NCBI GenBank assembly: GCA_963677485.1
Contig: OY781964.1
Location: 1,120,001 to 1,184,000 of the forward strand
DNA: 64,000 nt
Reading direction: 5' to 3'
DNA from: Armatimonadota bacterium
GTDB taxonomy: Bacteria; Armatimonadota; HRBIN16
Below are positions 20,328 to 31,061 of the stretch, one piece after another. The stretch's first letter is position 1, and each line of letters opens with the position of its first letter. The notes below the pieces were generated by a model that made no database searches, was not told the origin of the DNA, and worked only from the letters and a program-made list of their open reading frames with translations. The position numbers and the translations under genes were made by a program.

Positions 20328-21719
20328 CTACGTCAGCTTCCAGCCTAGCTGGAGCTGGTCGGCCGCCCAAGGGCTGTCGACCGTGGGCTCCTTGCGCTCG
20401 CGCAGATGGCGCAGCAGCTCTATGCGCAGCTCCTTCAGCACAGCCTCATGCGCCGGGTCGGCCACCAGGTTTTCCATCTCCCACGGGTCGGACGGCAGGT
20501 GGTATAGCTCGTCCACGTCGGTCAGGTTCCACACATATTTCCACTCGTGGTTGCACACCATGCGCTGGGTGAACAACCCAAATTGCTGGCCGTTGTAGGT
20601 GCCGTATGCGTATTTCCGCCAGTCATCGGGGGTCTCACCGTTGAATAGCGGCCGCAGGGAACGGCCATGCATCAACTCAGGCTCCGGCACACCTGACCAG
20701 TCGCACAGGCTGGCGGAGAGGTCCAGTGCATGCATCACGAACTGATCGCACACGCTGCCTGGCTTGGTGACCCCGGGCCAGCGGATGAGCAACGGCACAT
20801 GAACCAGCTCTTGATACTGCGTGTAGTGCTTGTCGATCATGCCATGGCTGCCGGCGGCGTCGCCGTGGTCTGTGCTATAGATCACAATGGTGTTCTCTGC
20901 TTCACCGCTGGCCTCCAAAGCTTGCAGCACCGTGCCGACGGCGTCATCGACCTGGCTGAGCATCGCGAAGTAGCGACGTAAATACCGCTGCCAGTCCGAC
21001 CACTGCATCTCCGTCAATCCCCAGGAAGCCAACTGCTGGCGATGGATATACGGCTTACCCGCGAAGCTGTCCGGGAAGTTGCCCCACTGCTCGATATCCT
21101 CCGCGTTATACATGTCCAGGAAATGCTGCGATGGCACGCACGGCAGATGCGGCTCGCTGAAGTCCAGACGCAGGTGCCAGGGCTGGTCGCCTTGCACATA
21201 CTGCTCCATTAGGCCGATCGCCTGACGGGCACGCCAGTGGGTCAGCGTCTGCTCTGGGGCAGCGGGGTCCTCGCCGCCGAACCACGCGTAGGCGTCCATG
21301 GTCGGCTCGCCCACGTTCTGCGATGCTCGGTAGGCGGCATAGCCTCCCTGGCCGATGGCATCCACGAAACCGCAATCCTGCGGCGTGGCGGGTGCCACTC
21401 CCCACTTGCCCACATGGCCCTGTCGGTAGCCGCTTTCGGCCATCAATGCGGTCACGGTCGGCGCGTCGAAACCCTTCGGTGGTATGCATCCGCCGGGGTT
21501 CCAGGTTCCGCCGTGGGTTTCGGGCCACAAGCCGCACAACAGGCTCTGGCGCGTGGGGCTGCACACGGGGCAAGGCGTATACGCGCTGCTGAAGCGTGTG
21601 CCCGATGCGGCCAGCTTATCGAGGTTCGGTGTGCGCACCATCGGATGACCGGTGTAGCCGTTGCAGTCGTATCGGTGTTGATCTGCCATGATGAACAGTA
21701 TATTAGGGCGACGAGACAT
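20328..21719 (-). CDS. Sulfatase (S1, formylglycine-dependent)
   Basis: RPNILFIMADQHR, RTPNLDKLA, CSPTR (CxPxR), VGKW, YSTDHGD, HVPLLIRWPG, ELYHL..DPWE..NL. Confidence 0.95.
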   Translation of the reverse strand: MSRRPNILFIMADQHRYDCNGYTGHPMVRTPNLDKLAASGTRFSSAYTPCPVCSPTRQSLLCGLWPETHGGTWNPGGCIPPKGFDAPTVTALMAESGYRQGHVGKWGVAPATPQDCGFVDAIGQGGYAAYRASQNVGEPTMDAYAWFGGEDPAAPEQTLTHWRARQAIGLMEQYVQGDQPWHLRLDFSEPHLPCVPSQHFLDMYNAEDIEQWGNFPDSFAGKPYIHRQQLASWGLTEMQWSDWQRYLRRYFAMLSQVDDAVGTVLQALEASGEAENTIVIYSTDHGDAAGSHGMIDKHYTQYQELVHVPLLIRWPGVTKPGSVCDQFVMHALDLSASLCDWSGVPEPELMHGRSLRPLFNGETPDDWRKYAYGTYNGQQFGLFTQRMVCNHEWKYVWNLTDVDELYHLPSDPWEMENLVADPAHEAVLKELRIELLRHLRERKEPTVDSPWAADQLQLGWKLT

Positions 21720-21753
21720 GAATGAGACCTCCGGGTAAGCTATTGAAACCAGA

Positions 21754-22785
21754 TTAACTGCCGGCACCTGTCAACCGGCAAAACAATCCATGCGGGTTCG
21801 GCTTCGCGATGGCCCAGCCGATGACCGCAGATATCCCAAGACAGAGTATCACGAATACGGCGATTTTGAGATACGGCCATTGGCCATACCAGCCCAGGGA
21901 TTGGCTTATCTGCCCCAAACGATGCAAAACAAACGCGTGGGTCAGGTAGGCGAAAAAGCTGTTGCGGCCTAACCAGACCAGCCAGCGCGGGGCTGTTTCC
22001 AGCCACTCTTTGTGCTGCATCAGCCACCAGATCAGGCAGTAACTATACAGGGCGCTGTCCCAACGCAGGCTGGAGGTGCTGAGCACAAACATGCCTTGAT
22101 TCCAACACTGCAAGGATATGACGCTGCTGATCAAGACAGCAACCACAGTTCCTAGCAGCGACAGTTGACGGCTCCAGTGGAATTGCGGAACCCCGTGCCG
22201 ACGCCACACCACTCCCAGCACGAAGAACATCAGCCAGCTCCCAGCCATCACCATATACCACCATGGCGGGGTGACCTGCCAATAGTATCCCCATAACCCT
22301 CCGCTGATCAGCAGCGCCGAGGCGAGACTCAGCCATCGCCATCGGTTCAGCCACGCCCACACCGGCAGACTGATATAGAGTTGCATGATCATGGGCACAA
22401 AATAGAATGGCACCATCATTTGGCCATACAACAGAGCATGGGTCAGCTCCATGCGCTCCCATGACCTGCCGTGCGCTGTGTCGATCCCCACCGCGACCAA
22501 GCTCCAAAAAAGGTAGGGAGGGATCAGACGGAGTATCCGCTTGCGGAGGAACCGAGCATAGTCCGCCCAGCACTGGAAATCATGCCGGCCCAGCAGGTAA
22601 CCGGACAGAAACACAAATAACGGCACCGCAAATCCAAAAATCTGGCGGGTGACCAGATAGGGTATCAGCACACTGGAATCCTCTTTCGGGTTCCAGGCGA
22701 AGCCGCAGGAGTGAATCACACCCACGGCGATAATCGCCAACCCGCGCATCGTGTCATAAGCTCGAACCCGTGTGCTGCCCGGCAT
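21754..22785 (-). CDS. Acyltransferase family 3 membrane protein
   Basis: DTMRGLAIIAV..IH, FAVPLFVFLSGYL, KRILRLIPPYLFWS, LGRNSF.AYLTH. Confidence 0.92.
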   Translation of the reverse strand: MPGSTRVRAYDTMRGLAIIAVGVIHSCGFAWNPKEDSSVLIPYLVTRQIFGFAVPLFVFLSGYLLGRHDFQCWADYARFLRKRILRLIPPYLFWSLVAVGIDTAHGRSWERMELTHALLYGQMMVPFYFVPMIMQLYISLPVWAWLNRWRWLSLASALLISGGLWGYYWQVTPPWWYMVMAGSWLMFFVLGVVWRRHGVPQFHWSRQLSLLGTVVAVLISSVISLQCWNQGMFVLSTSSLRWDSALYSYCLIWWLMQHKEWLETAPRWLVWLGRNSFFAYLTHAFVLHRLGQISQSLGWYGQWPYLKIAVFVILCLGISAVIGWAIAKPNPHGLFCRLTGAGS

Positions 22786-22787
22786 CG

Positions 22788-24812
22788 CTACAGGGCTTTC
22801 GCCAGGTTCTCATACCGAACCGTCCAACTGCCATCCGCAGGGAACCCAGGCGCGTGGCCTTCAGGGGCGCCATCCCAGCCGGCTGCCATCATCGCCACGG
22901 CATAGAGAAGGCCCCCATTGCCAGGAAGGTAGAGGCACGGTCCGCCGGTATTTACACCAATTTCGTTGAACTGGTTGCGTGCGGAATCACGCAGCAGAGC
23001 GTCGACCGCCATCTGAGGTTCGCCCACCCTGGCGGCTGCCATCGCAAACCAGGGGCAGTCCCAACCCCAGCAGTTGTTCCAGTCCCATTTGGCACCGATC
23101 GCCTTCACGGTTCGGTGCGCCGTCTCAAAATCCACACCTGGCAGCTCAGGCAGCATCCCAAAAACGCCCACCGGGTCGGGGTGTTCAAAGGCGCGCTTAC
23201 TATAAGTCTGCTCAGCCCATTCTGGGGAATGCACATACAGCCCATCGTGCGTCGGCAGCGGAGCGAGCTTATCCAGCACCACTTTCCACTTGCCCGGGGT
23301 GGAGATGCCCATCCGCTTGCACCAGTTCGAGGCGGTGATCAGCCCAAAACGCCAGTAGGCTAGATCAAACACCGTATCGTATGTGATCCCCTGCTCGCTG
23401 GGAGGCATGATCGGGTCCAACGAAAGACGGTCAGAGCCATCCCTATGCGTGGGGAAATCCGCCAGGTAGTGCGCGCTCTCGATCACGATGGTGCCCCACT
23501 TCTTGAGGGTGTCCGCCGTGGGTTTCAGCCGATATTCCAGCTCCGCAAAGAAGATGGGGTGCGGCTGCTGCCACTGCAGCACAAAGCTCCCCACCCAGGG
23601 TGCGGTACGGCCTTCCGGGCCCATCATCTTGCCCCACTTCGCCCCCTCGTAGCCAAACTGGTGCGCCAACTGCTTCGCCAAAGGCAGATCGCGGTCATAA
23701 CAAGCAAGTGCGGGCTGAGCCATGTTCCAGCGGCCCCACAGCGCATAGTGGGCCATATGCCACCAGGTCATCTCCATGTGCCACTGCCCGCGCCAGGGGT
23801 CGGTGCCCATCAAGCCCACTTCGGCGGGCGGATAGCTTCCGGCGCTGTTCACAGCCATGAGGTATTGCGACAACACCACGCGCCGTTCCAGCTCATGCGC
23901 CCGAGGATCGGTGCTGCCTGCGAACTCTATCGCCCCGCCCGACGACCAGAACTGCTTCCAGTGCCGTCGACAGGCGTTCTCGCAAGCCGCGAACGCGGGT
24001 GCTGGCCGAGTGTTGCGATGCGGTGTCAGCCAGATGGTGAACACCATCTCGGAGCTGCCGTCTGCTGCGATCACCACACTGTGCGGCCGACTGCCAAGCG
24101 ACATCTTGCCGTGTTCGCACAGCAGATGGAGTTCATATTTCGTGTCGCCAAGCTCACGCACCAGCCTGAGCTGGTGTGAATCCTGCTTGAGCACAGTTGT
24201 TCGATGGGAGTCAGGCTGGTTCCCGTCGCCCACGACCGGCGTGTTATTCAAAGAGGGGTATGGAAACTCCACGCTGACTTGCAGTTTCGACATCCGTAAA
24301 GCTGGTGAGCTGATATGCACCGCGACTACGTCCATATCGGGATGCACGCAGGTTCGCACCTTCACCGGAGTTCCATCCAGCTCAAACTGGCTGTCCAACA
24401 TCCCTTTATATAAATCCAAATCGCGTTGGCATGATTTGATCTCTTCGGGTTGGACTGCCGATCCGTCACCCCGGGTCAGCTTGATGTTCATCAGGTTCAG
24501 TATGTGCGGGTTGTCAAACATCCATTCGCGCAGCTCCGGCTTGGCGGCAGCCTGTTTCATGCCGCCGGTCAGCCGCCCTGTGTCGATGGTGCCCGTGGCG
24601 GGCACATCGGATGGCTGGCATCCGGCGGGCAGCGGGAAGGAGTGCCATCCCCAGTGCGCCATCGTGTTACCCGAGAAGCTCTGCAGGCCTGTGCCGTCCG
24701 CAGTGAAGGCGAACTCGCCATTTCCGAGGGGCAGTATGGAGCTGACGTCGCTGCTGATGATATTGTGGCGGGTGACCAGTGCTTTACGGTCTATGGCTGC
24801 TTGGGTGGGCAT
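22788..24812 (-). CDS. Six-hairpin glycoside hydrolase (GH65/GH95-like)
   Basis: IDRKALVTRHN, LGNGEFAFTADGTGLQ, ELERRVVLSQYL, WRGQWHMEM.WWH, WQQPHPI, WGWD, YLPGNGGLL.AVAMMAAGWDG. Confidence 0.75.
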   Translation of the reverse strand: MPTQAAIDRKALVTRHNIISSDVSSILPLGNGEFAFTADGTGLQSFSGNTMAHWGWHSFPLPAGCQPSDVPATGTIDTGRLTGGMKQAAAKPELREWMFDNPHILNLMNIKLTRGDGSAVQPEEIKSCQRDLDLYKGMLDSQFELDGTPVKVRTCVHPDMDVVAVHISSPALRMSKLQVSVEFPYPSLNNTPVVGDGNQPDSHRTTVLKQDSHQLRLVRELGDTKYELHLLCEHGKMSLGSRPHSVVIAADGSSEMVFTIWLTPHRNTRPAPAFAACENACRRHWKQFWSSGGAIEFAGSTDPRAHELERRVVLSQYLMAVNSAGSYPPAEVGLMGTDPWRGQWHMEMTWWHMAHYALWGRWNMAQPALACYDRDLPLAKQLAHQFGYEGAKWGKMMGPEGRTAPWVGSFVLQWQQPHPIFFAELEYRLKPTADTLKKWGTIVIESAHYLADFPTHRDGSDRLSLDPIMPPSEQGITYDTVFDLAYWRFGLITASNWCKRMGISTPGKWKVVLDKLAPLPTHDGLYVHSPEWAEQTYSKRAFEHPDPVGVFGMLPELPGVDFETAHRTVKAIGAKWDWNNCWGWDCPWFAMAAARVGEPQMAVDALLRDSARNQFNEIGVNTGGPCLYLPGNGGLLYAVAMMAAGWDGAPEGHAPGFPADGSWTVRYENLAKAL

Positions 24813-24937
24813 GTGTGCGTTCTCCTGTGTTGTCGCCTGCTGGAATGACGCGGATGAGGCGATTTTGCAGACAAATACATGTTAACATGTTAGGCCATCA
24901 CCCCCCGGGGCGGACGGCGGTTGACACATAGGGAAAT

Positions 24938-25108
24938 CTCAATCCACAGATTACACAGATTACGCAGATGAGGTTCCGTTGTCTCTCCATCCGATCCCAT
25001 CCGTGTCATCCGCGTAATCCGTGGTTCAGACAATCCAGGGCACGGCACGCCATGCCCCTTCGGACGCCTCCTGTTCTCCTGCTCTTCTATCTCCTCCTCT
25101 CCCTCCAT
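24938..25108. repeat. Repeat mosaic
   Basis: ATCCACAGATTACACAGATTACGCAGAT; CCATCCGATCCCATCCGTGTCATCCGCGTAATCCGTGGTTCAGACAA; a GGGCACGGCACGCCATGCCC palindrome; and CTCCT periodic repeats. Confidence 0.75.
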
Positions 25109-25145
25109 ACAAGCAACAAAGCTAAAATCATCTTATAATAAAGGC

Positions 25146-25853
25146 ATGAAACAACTCACGCTGCTCCTGTGCATATTTATGCTGGCCGGATGCGCCAAGT
25201 TCCCGGACACCCCCGTTGCGGGTGGAAAACGGCTGATCGTGGAGTTCACCGTGGCGGGGAACATCCGATCTGACTACCTCTACTTTTTGTGCATCAACAA
25301 CTCTGGCGATACTATCGGCAGTAACGGCCCGATACCGGTGTTGACACCTCCATGGGGCAACGGCTACGCCGCCGGCCGATTCACGCATGTGGCGGAATAT
25401 GCAGTGGGGCAGACCTACGGCGTGTCGACGCTATACCAAATCATCGACCCGGCTAACCCCATTAACCGGCGCCCCATCGGTACCCCATTAGCCACCGAGC
25501 TCAGCGCGAATGGCAAAACCCTGCGCTTTACCATCGATATGAGCACCATTCTCAATGTCGGGCAAACGCTGGATGACATCAAGGCGCTGCAGCTCAACAT
25601 CATCGCCACCAACCGCGCCCCGCTAAATCCCAACGACAACAACTCAAAATTCTGGGATGCTCTCGGTGACGGTAATGACAGCACCACCATCAACGCCTAC
25701 CTGAACATCCGCACCGAGCAAGACGGCACCTGGCAAAACCAGTCTGGCTCCCTTAACTACGAGCCTCAAGGCGACGTGCTGGACCGCGACCGTCCCGCCG
25801 CCGTAGACCCCGATCTGGACATCGTCGACTGGCGAGTAGATGTGCGCAGTTAG
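25146..25853 (+). CDS. Hypothetical lipoprotein
   Basis: Lipobox MKQLTLLLCIFMLAG-C; 235 aa. Confidence 0.75.
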   Translation: MKQLTLLLCIFMLAGCAKFPDTPVAGGKRLIVEFTVAGNIRSDYLYFLCINNSGDTIGSNGPIPVLTPPWGNGYAAGRFTHVAEYAVGQTYGVSTLYQIIDPANPINRRPIGTPLATELSANGKTLRFTIDMSTILNVGQTLDDIKALQLNIIATNRAPLNPNDNNSKFWDALGDGNDSTTINAYLNIRTEQDGTWQNQSGSLNYEPQGDVLDRDRPAAVDPDLDIVDWRVDVRS

Positions 25854-26022
25854 CCGAATCATCACCACAACTAGCCGGATTATGCTGTAATACGGGCGGA
25901 AACTCTGCTATCTTTGTAGTGTGACAGATGCTGTCGTAGGGGCCACCCTTGTGGTGGCCCTTGGGCGACCGCCGGTCGCATCTAGTACGACCAGTTATTT
26001 ATAAATGACCGACAGGAGGCAG

Positions 26023-27144
26023 ATGATGCAGCAGTGGGTGAAAGAGGCCCTGGACCAGATTGATGAGTTATACCCGCCGGAGCGGCTGCAGAAGAGCATC
26101 ACCCGCTATGAAGCGTTGTGGAACCCAGACGACTACCCCGCGGAGTATCCGCTGCAGCTCAGCGCCTGCACGGTAGACTACTACAATGGTGTCCACACGC
26201 CTGAGCAAAGACTGCGCAAATGCATGGATGAATGCATCCTGCATGGCATGATCGGCGATGATTTCCTTCCTAGCCTGTTCCCAGGATGCCGGCAGTCCAC
26301 CATCCCGAATATGTTCGGCGCGCCAGAGATCATCGCCGGTGAGGACACCACCTGCAACCCGCTGGTGTTTCAGCCTGAGGATGTGTTCCGCCTGCCTGAG
26401 CCCTGCATCGCCTCTGACAGCGTGGCGCAGCAGTAGTTGAACATGCAGAGCTACTTGATGAACGAGACAGATGGCCGCATCCCCATTCACGTGGCCGATA
26501 TGCAGGGGCCGATGGATGTATGCGGGAAGCTCTGGGGTTATGACGGCATGCTGGCGGCGGCTTACGAGGATCCCGAGGCGTTTGAGCGAATTCTCGGGCT
26601 GGCCACACAGGCGTTTATTCTGCTGTGGAAGGCCCAAAAAGAGCTGCTTGGTGAGCTGTTTGTGCCAACCCACCTTTATGGATGGAGCTACGCACCCAAA
26701 CACATGGGCGCCACCGTTTCTGTAGACAGTCTGGTGATGATCAGCCCCAGCTTTTACAAAAAGTATTTCCGGCCATCGCTGGAGACCATCGGCCGCGAGC
26801 TAGGCCCCACCGCGATTCACAGTTGCGGCGACTGGAGTGCGGTGGTCGCTGAGGTCTGCCAGACCGAGGGTGTGATCGGCTTGAACGTCAGCCAGATGGA
26901 GCTTCAGCAACTGGTGGAGGCGGGGATGCCGCAACATATCGTGGCCACCGAGAACGTATGGTCGCACCAGTTGGCCGATCAAGCCGATATCATCAAACGG
27001 CACAGGCTTCGCGCTGAAGTCAACATTATTGACCCTCCGACAGCCCCCTTCTACAACCAGCCGAAGGAGAACTGGCCGGACGAGAACATCTGCCAGCTCC
27101 GCGAGAACATGCTGCGCTACCGCGAGCTATTCGCGGCGAAGTGA
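26023..27144 (+). pseudogene. Uroporphyrinogen decarboxylase / MtaA-CmuA family protein interrupted by an in-frame TAG (26434-26436)
   Basis: The two track ORFs are contiguous in one frame. Motifs DMQGPMD, MISP..Y.KYF.P and IHSCG. AGGAGG RBS before ATG 26023; no RBS before 26437. Confidence 0.7.
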
Positions 27145-27206
27145 GTATCGGCGGGGGGTGGGTAGCAATTACCCACAGTAATAATGTAAGTTCGTGCACC
27201 TGGCAT

Positions 27207-27344
27207 GCCGCGACATAAATGTCTCGGCTGCTGATCAACAAGCCCGGTAAACCGGGTTGCGGAGCTCCTTGCCGATAAAGATAACGTTAATAAAGACTGC
27301 TTCAGCAGTCTTGGTGTTCAGTAGCCGAGACATTTATGTCGCGG
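27207..27344. repeat. REPIN/MITE-like element of about 140 bp bounded by inverted CCGCGACATAAATGTCTCGGC palindromes
   Basis: Inverted homologue at 55462-55599, with the same two internal hairpins. Confidence 0.85.
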
Positions 27345-27443
27345 AATCGGTGACCTACTGGCCACGCGATATTTATGGGTAATAAACTGACATAAATGTC
27401 TCGGAATCAGATTCATGCAGGTATCTACATTACCCACCCCGCC

Positions 27444-28577
27444 TTAAAACTGCTGGGCGAGCCGCACCATGGTGCTGTAGTTCGCCAGTGTCAGCGGCGT
27501 GACCTCACGACCGTAAACCGCCGATGAAGGCATCAGTACAAACCCACGGCCCTCGCCTTGAGTGCCATCGGCCAGCGACTTCGCCACGACCTTCTCAAAC
27601 TGCGAAGGCTCCATGTTCTCAATGTCGCGGATCTCGATATTGCCGAACAGCACCAGCTTGTCGCCGTATTCACGCCGCATGTCAGCCAGCTCCACATCGC
27701 CAAGCGGTGGGGGCTCAATCGGGTCAATCGCATCAGCTCCCATCTCGATGATGTAGGGCAGCGAGCTTTTGATGCGTCCATGACTGTGGATGCGGGCGAA
27801 CCCGCCGTGCGCGTGGATCATATCGACCATCGGCTTGGTGTATCCCACCACATACTCGTTATACAGTGAAGGCGGCAGATAGGGCTCGGTGGCGTATTCC
27901 GGCCCGTAGATGCGCCACAAATGGCCAGGAAACAGCTCTGAGGTCTTCGTGGTGTATCTGTGCAGCCAGCGTGATATCTGAGCTAACAACTCGTGAAACA
28001 GCTCCCGCTCGGTGAAGGCCATCACAGTGTAATCTTCCATCGAAAACAGCGAAGCGGCCATGCAGATCGGGTCGGCGGTGTCCACCATCACGATGCCGGC
28101 ATCACCAAGCTCCTGTTCGGCAGTGACCATCGGGGTGACGTCCTGATCGTAGTCAAACACCTCATCCGGAAGCTGCAGGTAGGCCTTCATGTCATCCGCG
28201 TCCTTCAGCAGATGCTCGATATTCCAGATCGTGGCCACATCGGGGTCCTGCCGTGTCAGAGAGCTGAGGGTGCGGCCAGCCACCTGAATGGTGGTCCGAC
28301 TGAAACGCGAACCGTTCTCGATGTAGCTCTCGCCCTTGATGTAGGATGACGCGCGGTTGCTGCGACTCGGCGTCATCGCGGGAGCCACAAAGCGGATGAT
28401 ATCGGTCTGCTCATACGCCAGCTCCAGCAGAGGCTGCCAGGAGGGTGAGGTATACACGTTGAAGGGGTCGTTGAGGTCGCTGTTCGGTGTAAACCCGCCC
28501 AGTTCGTAGAAGCTGACGGCGGGACGGTCGACCTTTTCTCCGCGGATGGTGGCATTGAGGCGTTCGCGTCTGTTCAT
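27444..28577 (-). CDS. Uroporphyrinogen decarboxylase family protein
   Basis: MNRRERLNATIRGEKVDRPAV, IHSHG, MGADAIDPIEPPP.GDV.L, LVLFGNI, GFVLMPS. Confidence 0.85.
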   Translation of the reverse strand: MNRRERLNATIRGEKVDRPAVSFYELGGFTPNSDLNDPFNVYTSPSWQPLLELAYEQTDIIRFVAPAMTPSRSNRASSYIKGESYIENGSRFSRTTIQVAGRTLSSLTRQDPDVATIWNIEHLLKDADDMKAYLQLPDEVFDYDQDVTPMVTAEQELGDAGIVMVDTADPICMAASLFSMEDYTVMAFTERELFHELLAQISRWLHRYTTKTSELFPGHLWRIYGPEYATEPYLPPSLYNEYVVGYTKPMVDMIHAHGGFARIHSHGRIKSSLPYIIEMGADAIDPIEPPPLGDVELADMRREYGDKLVLFGNIEIRDIENMEPSQFEKVVAKSLADGTQGEGRGFVLMPSSAVYGREVTPLTLANYSTMVRLAQQF

Positions 28578-28736
28578 CTGTGGTGTCTCCTGGGATGCTG
28601 GTTTGGCTTATTTTACCACGTACCGGCTACAGGCGGGGGTCATCCTGCCATGCCACACGCTAAAGCCTTGCAGGAATCCCCCTTCCGGGAAGTGAACCTG
28701 AACTCAAAGCACCATCATCACACGAGGTCTGCCACA

Positions 28737-31061
28737 ATGCCTGAATTCCCGCTGAAGGGGCTCACCGAAAAGCCCAGATACGAGCAACTGCCCAGCTTCG
28801 CGACCGGTAATGCGCGGCGCGACTCCTTTCTGAACGAATACTTTATGCGCCACCTTTCGGTAGACGGTCACGGCATCTACTGGGAACTTGGGCCTATCCC
28901 CGGCACGACCCCGTTTACCTGGGTGCTGCAGTGGGATACGCTCTGCCTGGCCCCCATTGACCGCTCCGCGATGGGCCATCGCCGCTGGCAAGGCGTGACC
29001 GAAGATTCACTCATGCGCTTCTTCGGGTTACTGCCGGTCGACCGCTTCGGCTACGTCTGGGGCGGACCCGTTCGTGTGGAAGCCACCGACCAGTGGGCGG
29101 GCTCCATCCAGCCCCACATCGGATGGCCCTGGCCGTTCTACATGCACAACCGCGAGGCCAAGACCGCCGTGGCCTGGGAGTTCAACCACAAGCCAGGCGA
29201 GGTTTCAGCAGAACGCGATAGCTGGAGTGCAGAGGGCATCACGCTGGAGCCCAACTGCGTGGACAACAGCCTGGCGGGCACCGTCAGCTCCGAAACCGGC
29301 GGCTTCATCGCACCCAAGATGTATACACCAGCTTTTCAGACCCCAATATTGGATGTGGACATCTGCTTTAAATGCGACGAAAAACTGGACGCCTCGCAGA
29401 TGATCCACGGCACGCGCATCTACTGGACCACCGACAAGCAGCCGGAGTGGAGCGAGGCCAACTCGGTCGACGCCTCCTTCGCGCTGATGCCGCCGAAGGA
29501 GCTGCCGGACTACTTCCTGCCATCCATCAGTCCGGTCTACGCCCGGTACGTGCTCTTCCTGCCGATGTATATGCACCCTGGCTGGGGCAAGAGCGATGAC
29601 ACCATCATCACCGGCCTGAAGATCGTGCCGGGAGCAAAGGCGAAGGGCGCGCAGGTGTTGCTTGACCACGTGCGCACCGCCTATGACACGCGCTGCATCG
29701 ACACCAACGCGACTCTCATCAACGGCACCGCCGACACACTACTGTGGAATTACGATGCGGAGTTCTTGAAATACATGCTGCCCCATCTGCGAAGATCCTG
29801 GATTTTCCTGAAGGTGCATATGCAGCTCGAAAAATACGGCATCCCCTGCACCGACTGGATGGTGGGCAAAGACGGCATCGGCAACAAAACCGGACACGGT
29901 GTGCTGGGCAGCTACTGGGATCTGATGCCTTGCGGACGGTTCTGCCTGGAGAGCTCCATCGGAGCCTTTCAAGCCGCCACCAAGCTGGCGATCATCGAGG
30001 AGATGGCAGCCAAAGAGGGCATACACGTGCCGGATGTCAGCGTGGACGGACCCGACGGCAAAACACCGGTCGGCTACCACGAGACCCCTGCCACACTGCG
30101 TGCCGCCGCGAAGCGCGTGAAGTCGACCGTTGAGAAGCGGTTCTGGGTAGCCGATAAGGGCCGGTTCGCTCGCAACATTGACATCAATGGAAAACTTATC
30201 GACTACGGCTTCCTGCACTTCAACCTGTGGGCTCTCGCTGTGGGCATCGGAACACCCGCACAGCGCAAGTCGGTGCTCTCCTGGTGCGATGGCCGGGTGA
30301 TTCCCGGCGATACCTCCATCGGCCCAGATATCTATAAATGGCGGTTTGGACCCCGAATCACCACCAAACGCAACGGCGACTGGTATTACTGGCCCTGGCA
30401 GGAGTTGATGGACAAGGATCCTGAGAACCCGCAGTTTACCTGGGGCAACCAGATGCAGGACGGCGGTGCGGTGCCCTTCACTAACCTGTTCGACATCATG
30501 ACCCGTGTGGAAGAGAACACGCCTCAACAGCGTCGCCGTGTGGCACAACGCATACAGGAAATGATGGCCTGGTTTGAGGATGTGAAGTCTGCAGGCGGTG
30601 ATGGCTCCTATTTCTATCGGAAGTATTACGACGGTCATCCCGAACGCGGCCGGCAGCAAGGTGGCGGTCCTGCAGGCGGATTAGGACTGGACCGCGAGTT
30701 CCTTGGCGATGCCGCTTCGGGAACATTTGTGCCGATCTGGGCACTGATGGGCCTAAAACCTGAGAAGTATAGGGAGCTGACCGTTCGTCCCTTCCTGCCT
30801 GACGGCTGGCCCTTCGTCGAAGTGAACAACATCTACTGGCATGGCAACCACATCTCACTTAAAGCAGACAAAAACAGCTTGGTTGTCGATGGTAACCTGC
30901 CAAACACCAAGGGCATGACACTAAAGGTGGTGCTTCGCGAGCTGCCACAGCTGCCCACCATCAGCTTCAACGGTAAACCGGTACGAACCACGCGAGACAG
31001 CAAGGGGTTAACGTGCCATATACCATTGAAGGCCGGCACGCTCACCTGGAGTGCGAGCTAA
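28737..31061 (+). CDS. Putative (alpha/alpha)6-barrel glycoside hydrolase-like protein
   Basis: SYWDLMPCG, F..RFW....GRF, IDYGFLHFN, WRFGPR.TT, QMQDGGA. GAGG RBS before ATG 28737. Confidence 0.6.
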   Translation: MPEFPLKGLTEKPRYEQLPSFATGNARRDSFLNEYFMRHLSVDGHGIYWELGPIPGTTPFTWVLQWDTLCLAPIDRSAMGHRRWQGVTEDSLMRFFGLLPVDRFGYVWGGPVRVEATDQWAGSIQPHIGWPWPFYMHNREAKTAVAWEFNHKPGEVSAERDSWSAEGITLEPNCVDNSLAGTVSSETGGFIAPKMYTPAFQTPILDVDICFKCDEKLDASQMIHGTRIYWTTDKQPEWSEANSVDASFALMPPKELPDYFLPSISPVYARYVLFLPMYMHPGWGKSDDTIITGLKIVPGAKAKGAQVLLDHVRTAYDTRCIDTNATLINGTADTLLWNYDAEFLKYMLPHLRRSWIFLKVHMQLEKYGIPCTDWMVGKDGIGNKTGHGVLGSYWDLMPCGRFCLESSIGAFQAATKLAIIEEMAAKEGIHVPDVSVDGPDGKTPVGYHETPATLRAAAKRVKSTVEKRFWVADKGRFARNIDINGKLIDYGFLHFNLWALAVGIGTPAQRKSVLSWCDGRVIPGDTSIGPDIYKWRFGPRITTKRNGDWYYWPWQELMDKDPENPQFTWGNQMQDGGAVPFTNLFDIMTRVEENTPQQRRRVAQRIQEMMAWFEDVKSAGGDGSYFYRKYYDGHPERGRQQGGGPAGGLGLDREFLGDAASGTFVPIWALMGLKPEKYRELTVRPFLPDGWPFVEVNNIYWHGNHISLKADKNSLVVDGNLPNTKGMTLKVVLRELPQLPTISFNGKPVRTTRDSKGLTCHIPLKAGTLTWSAS

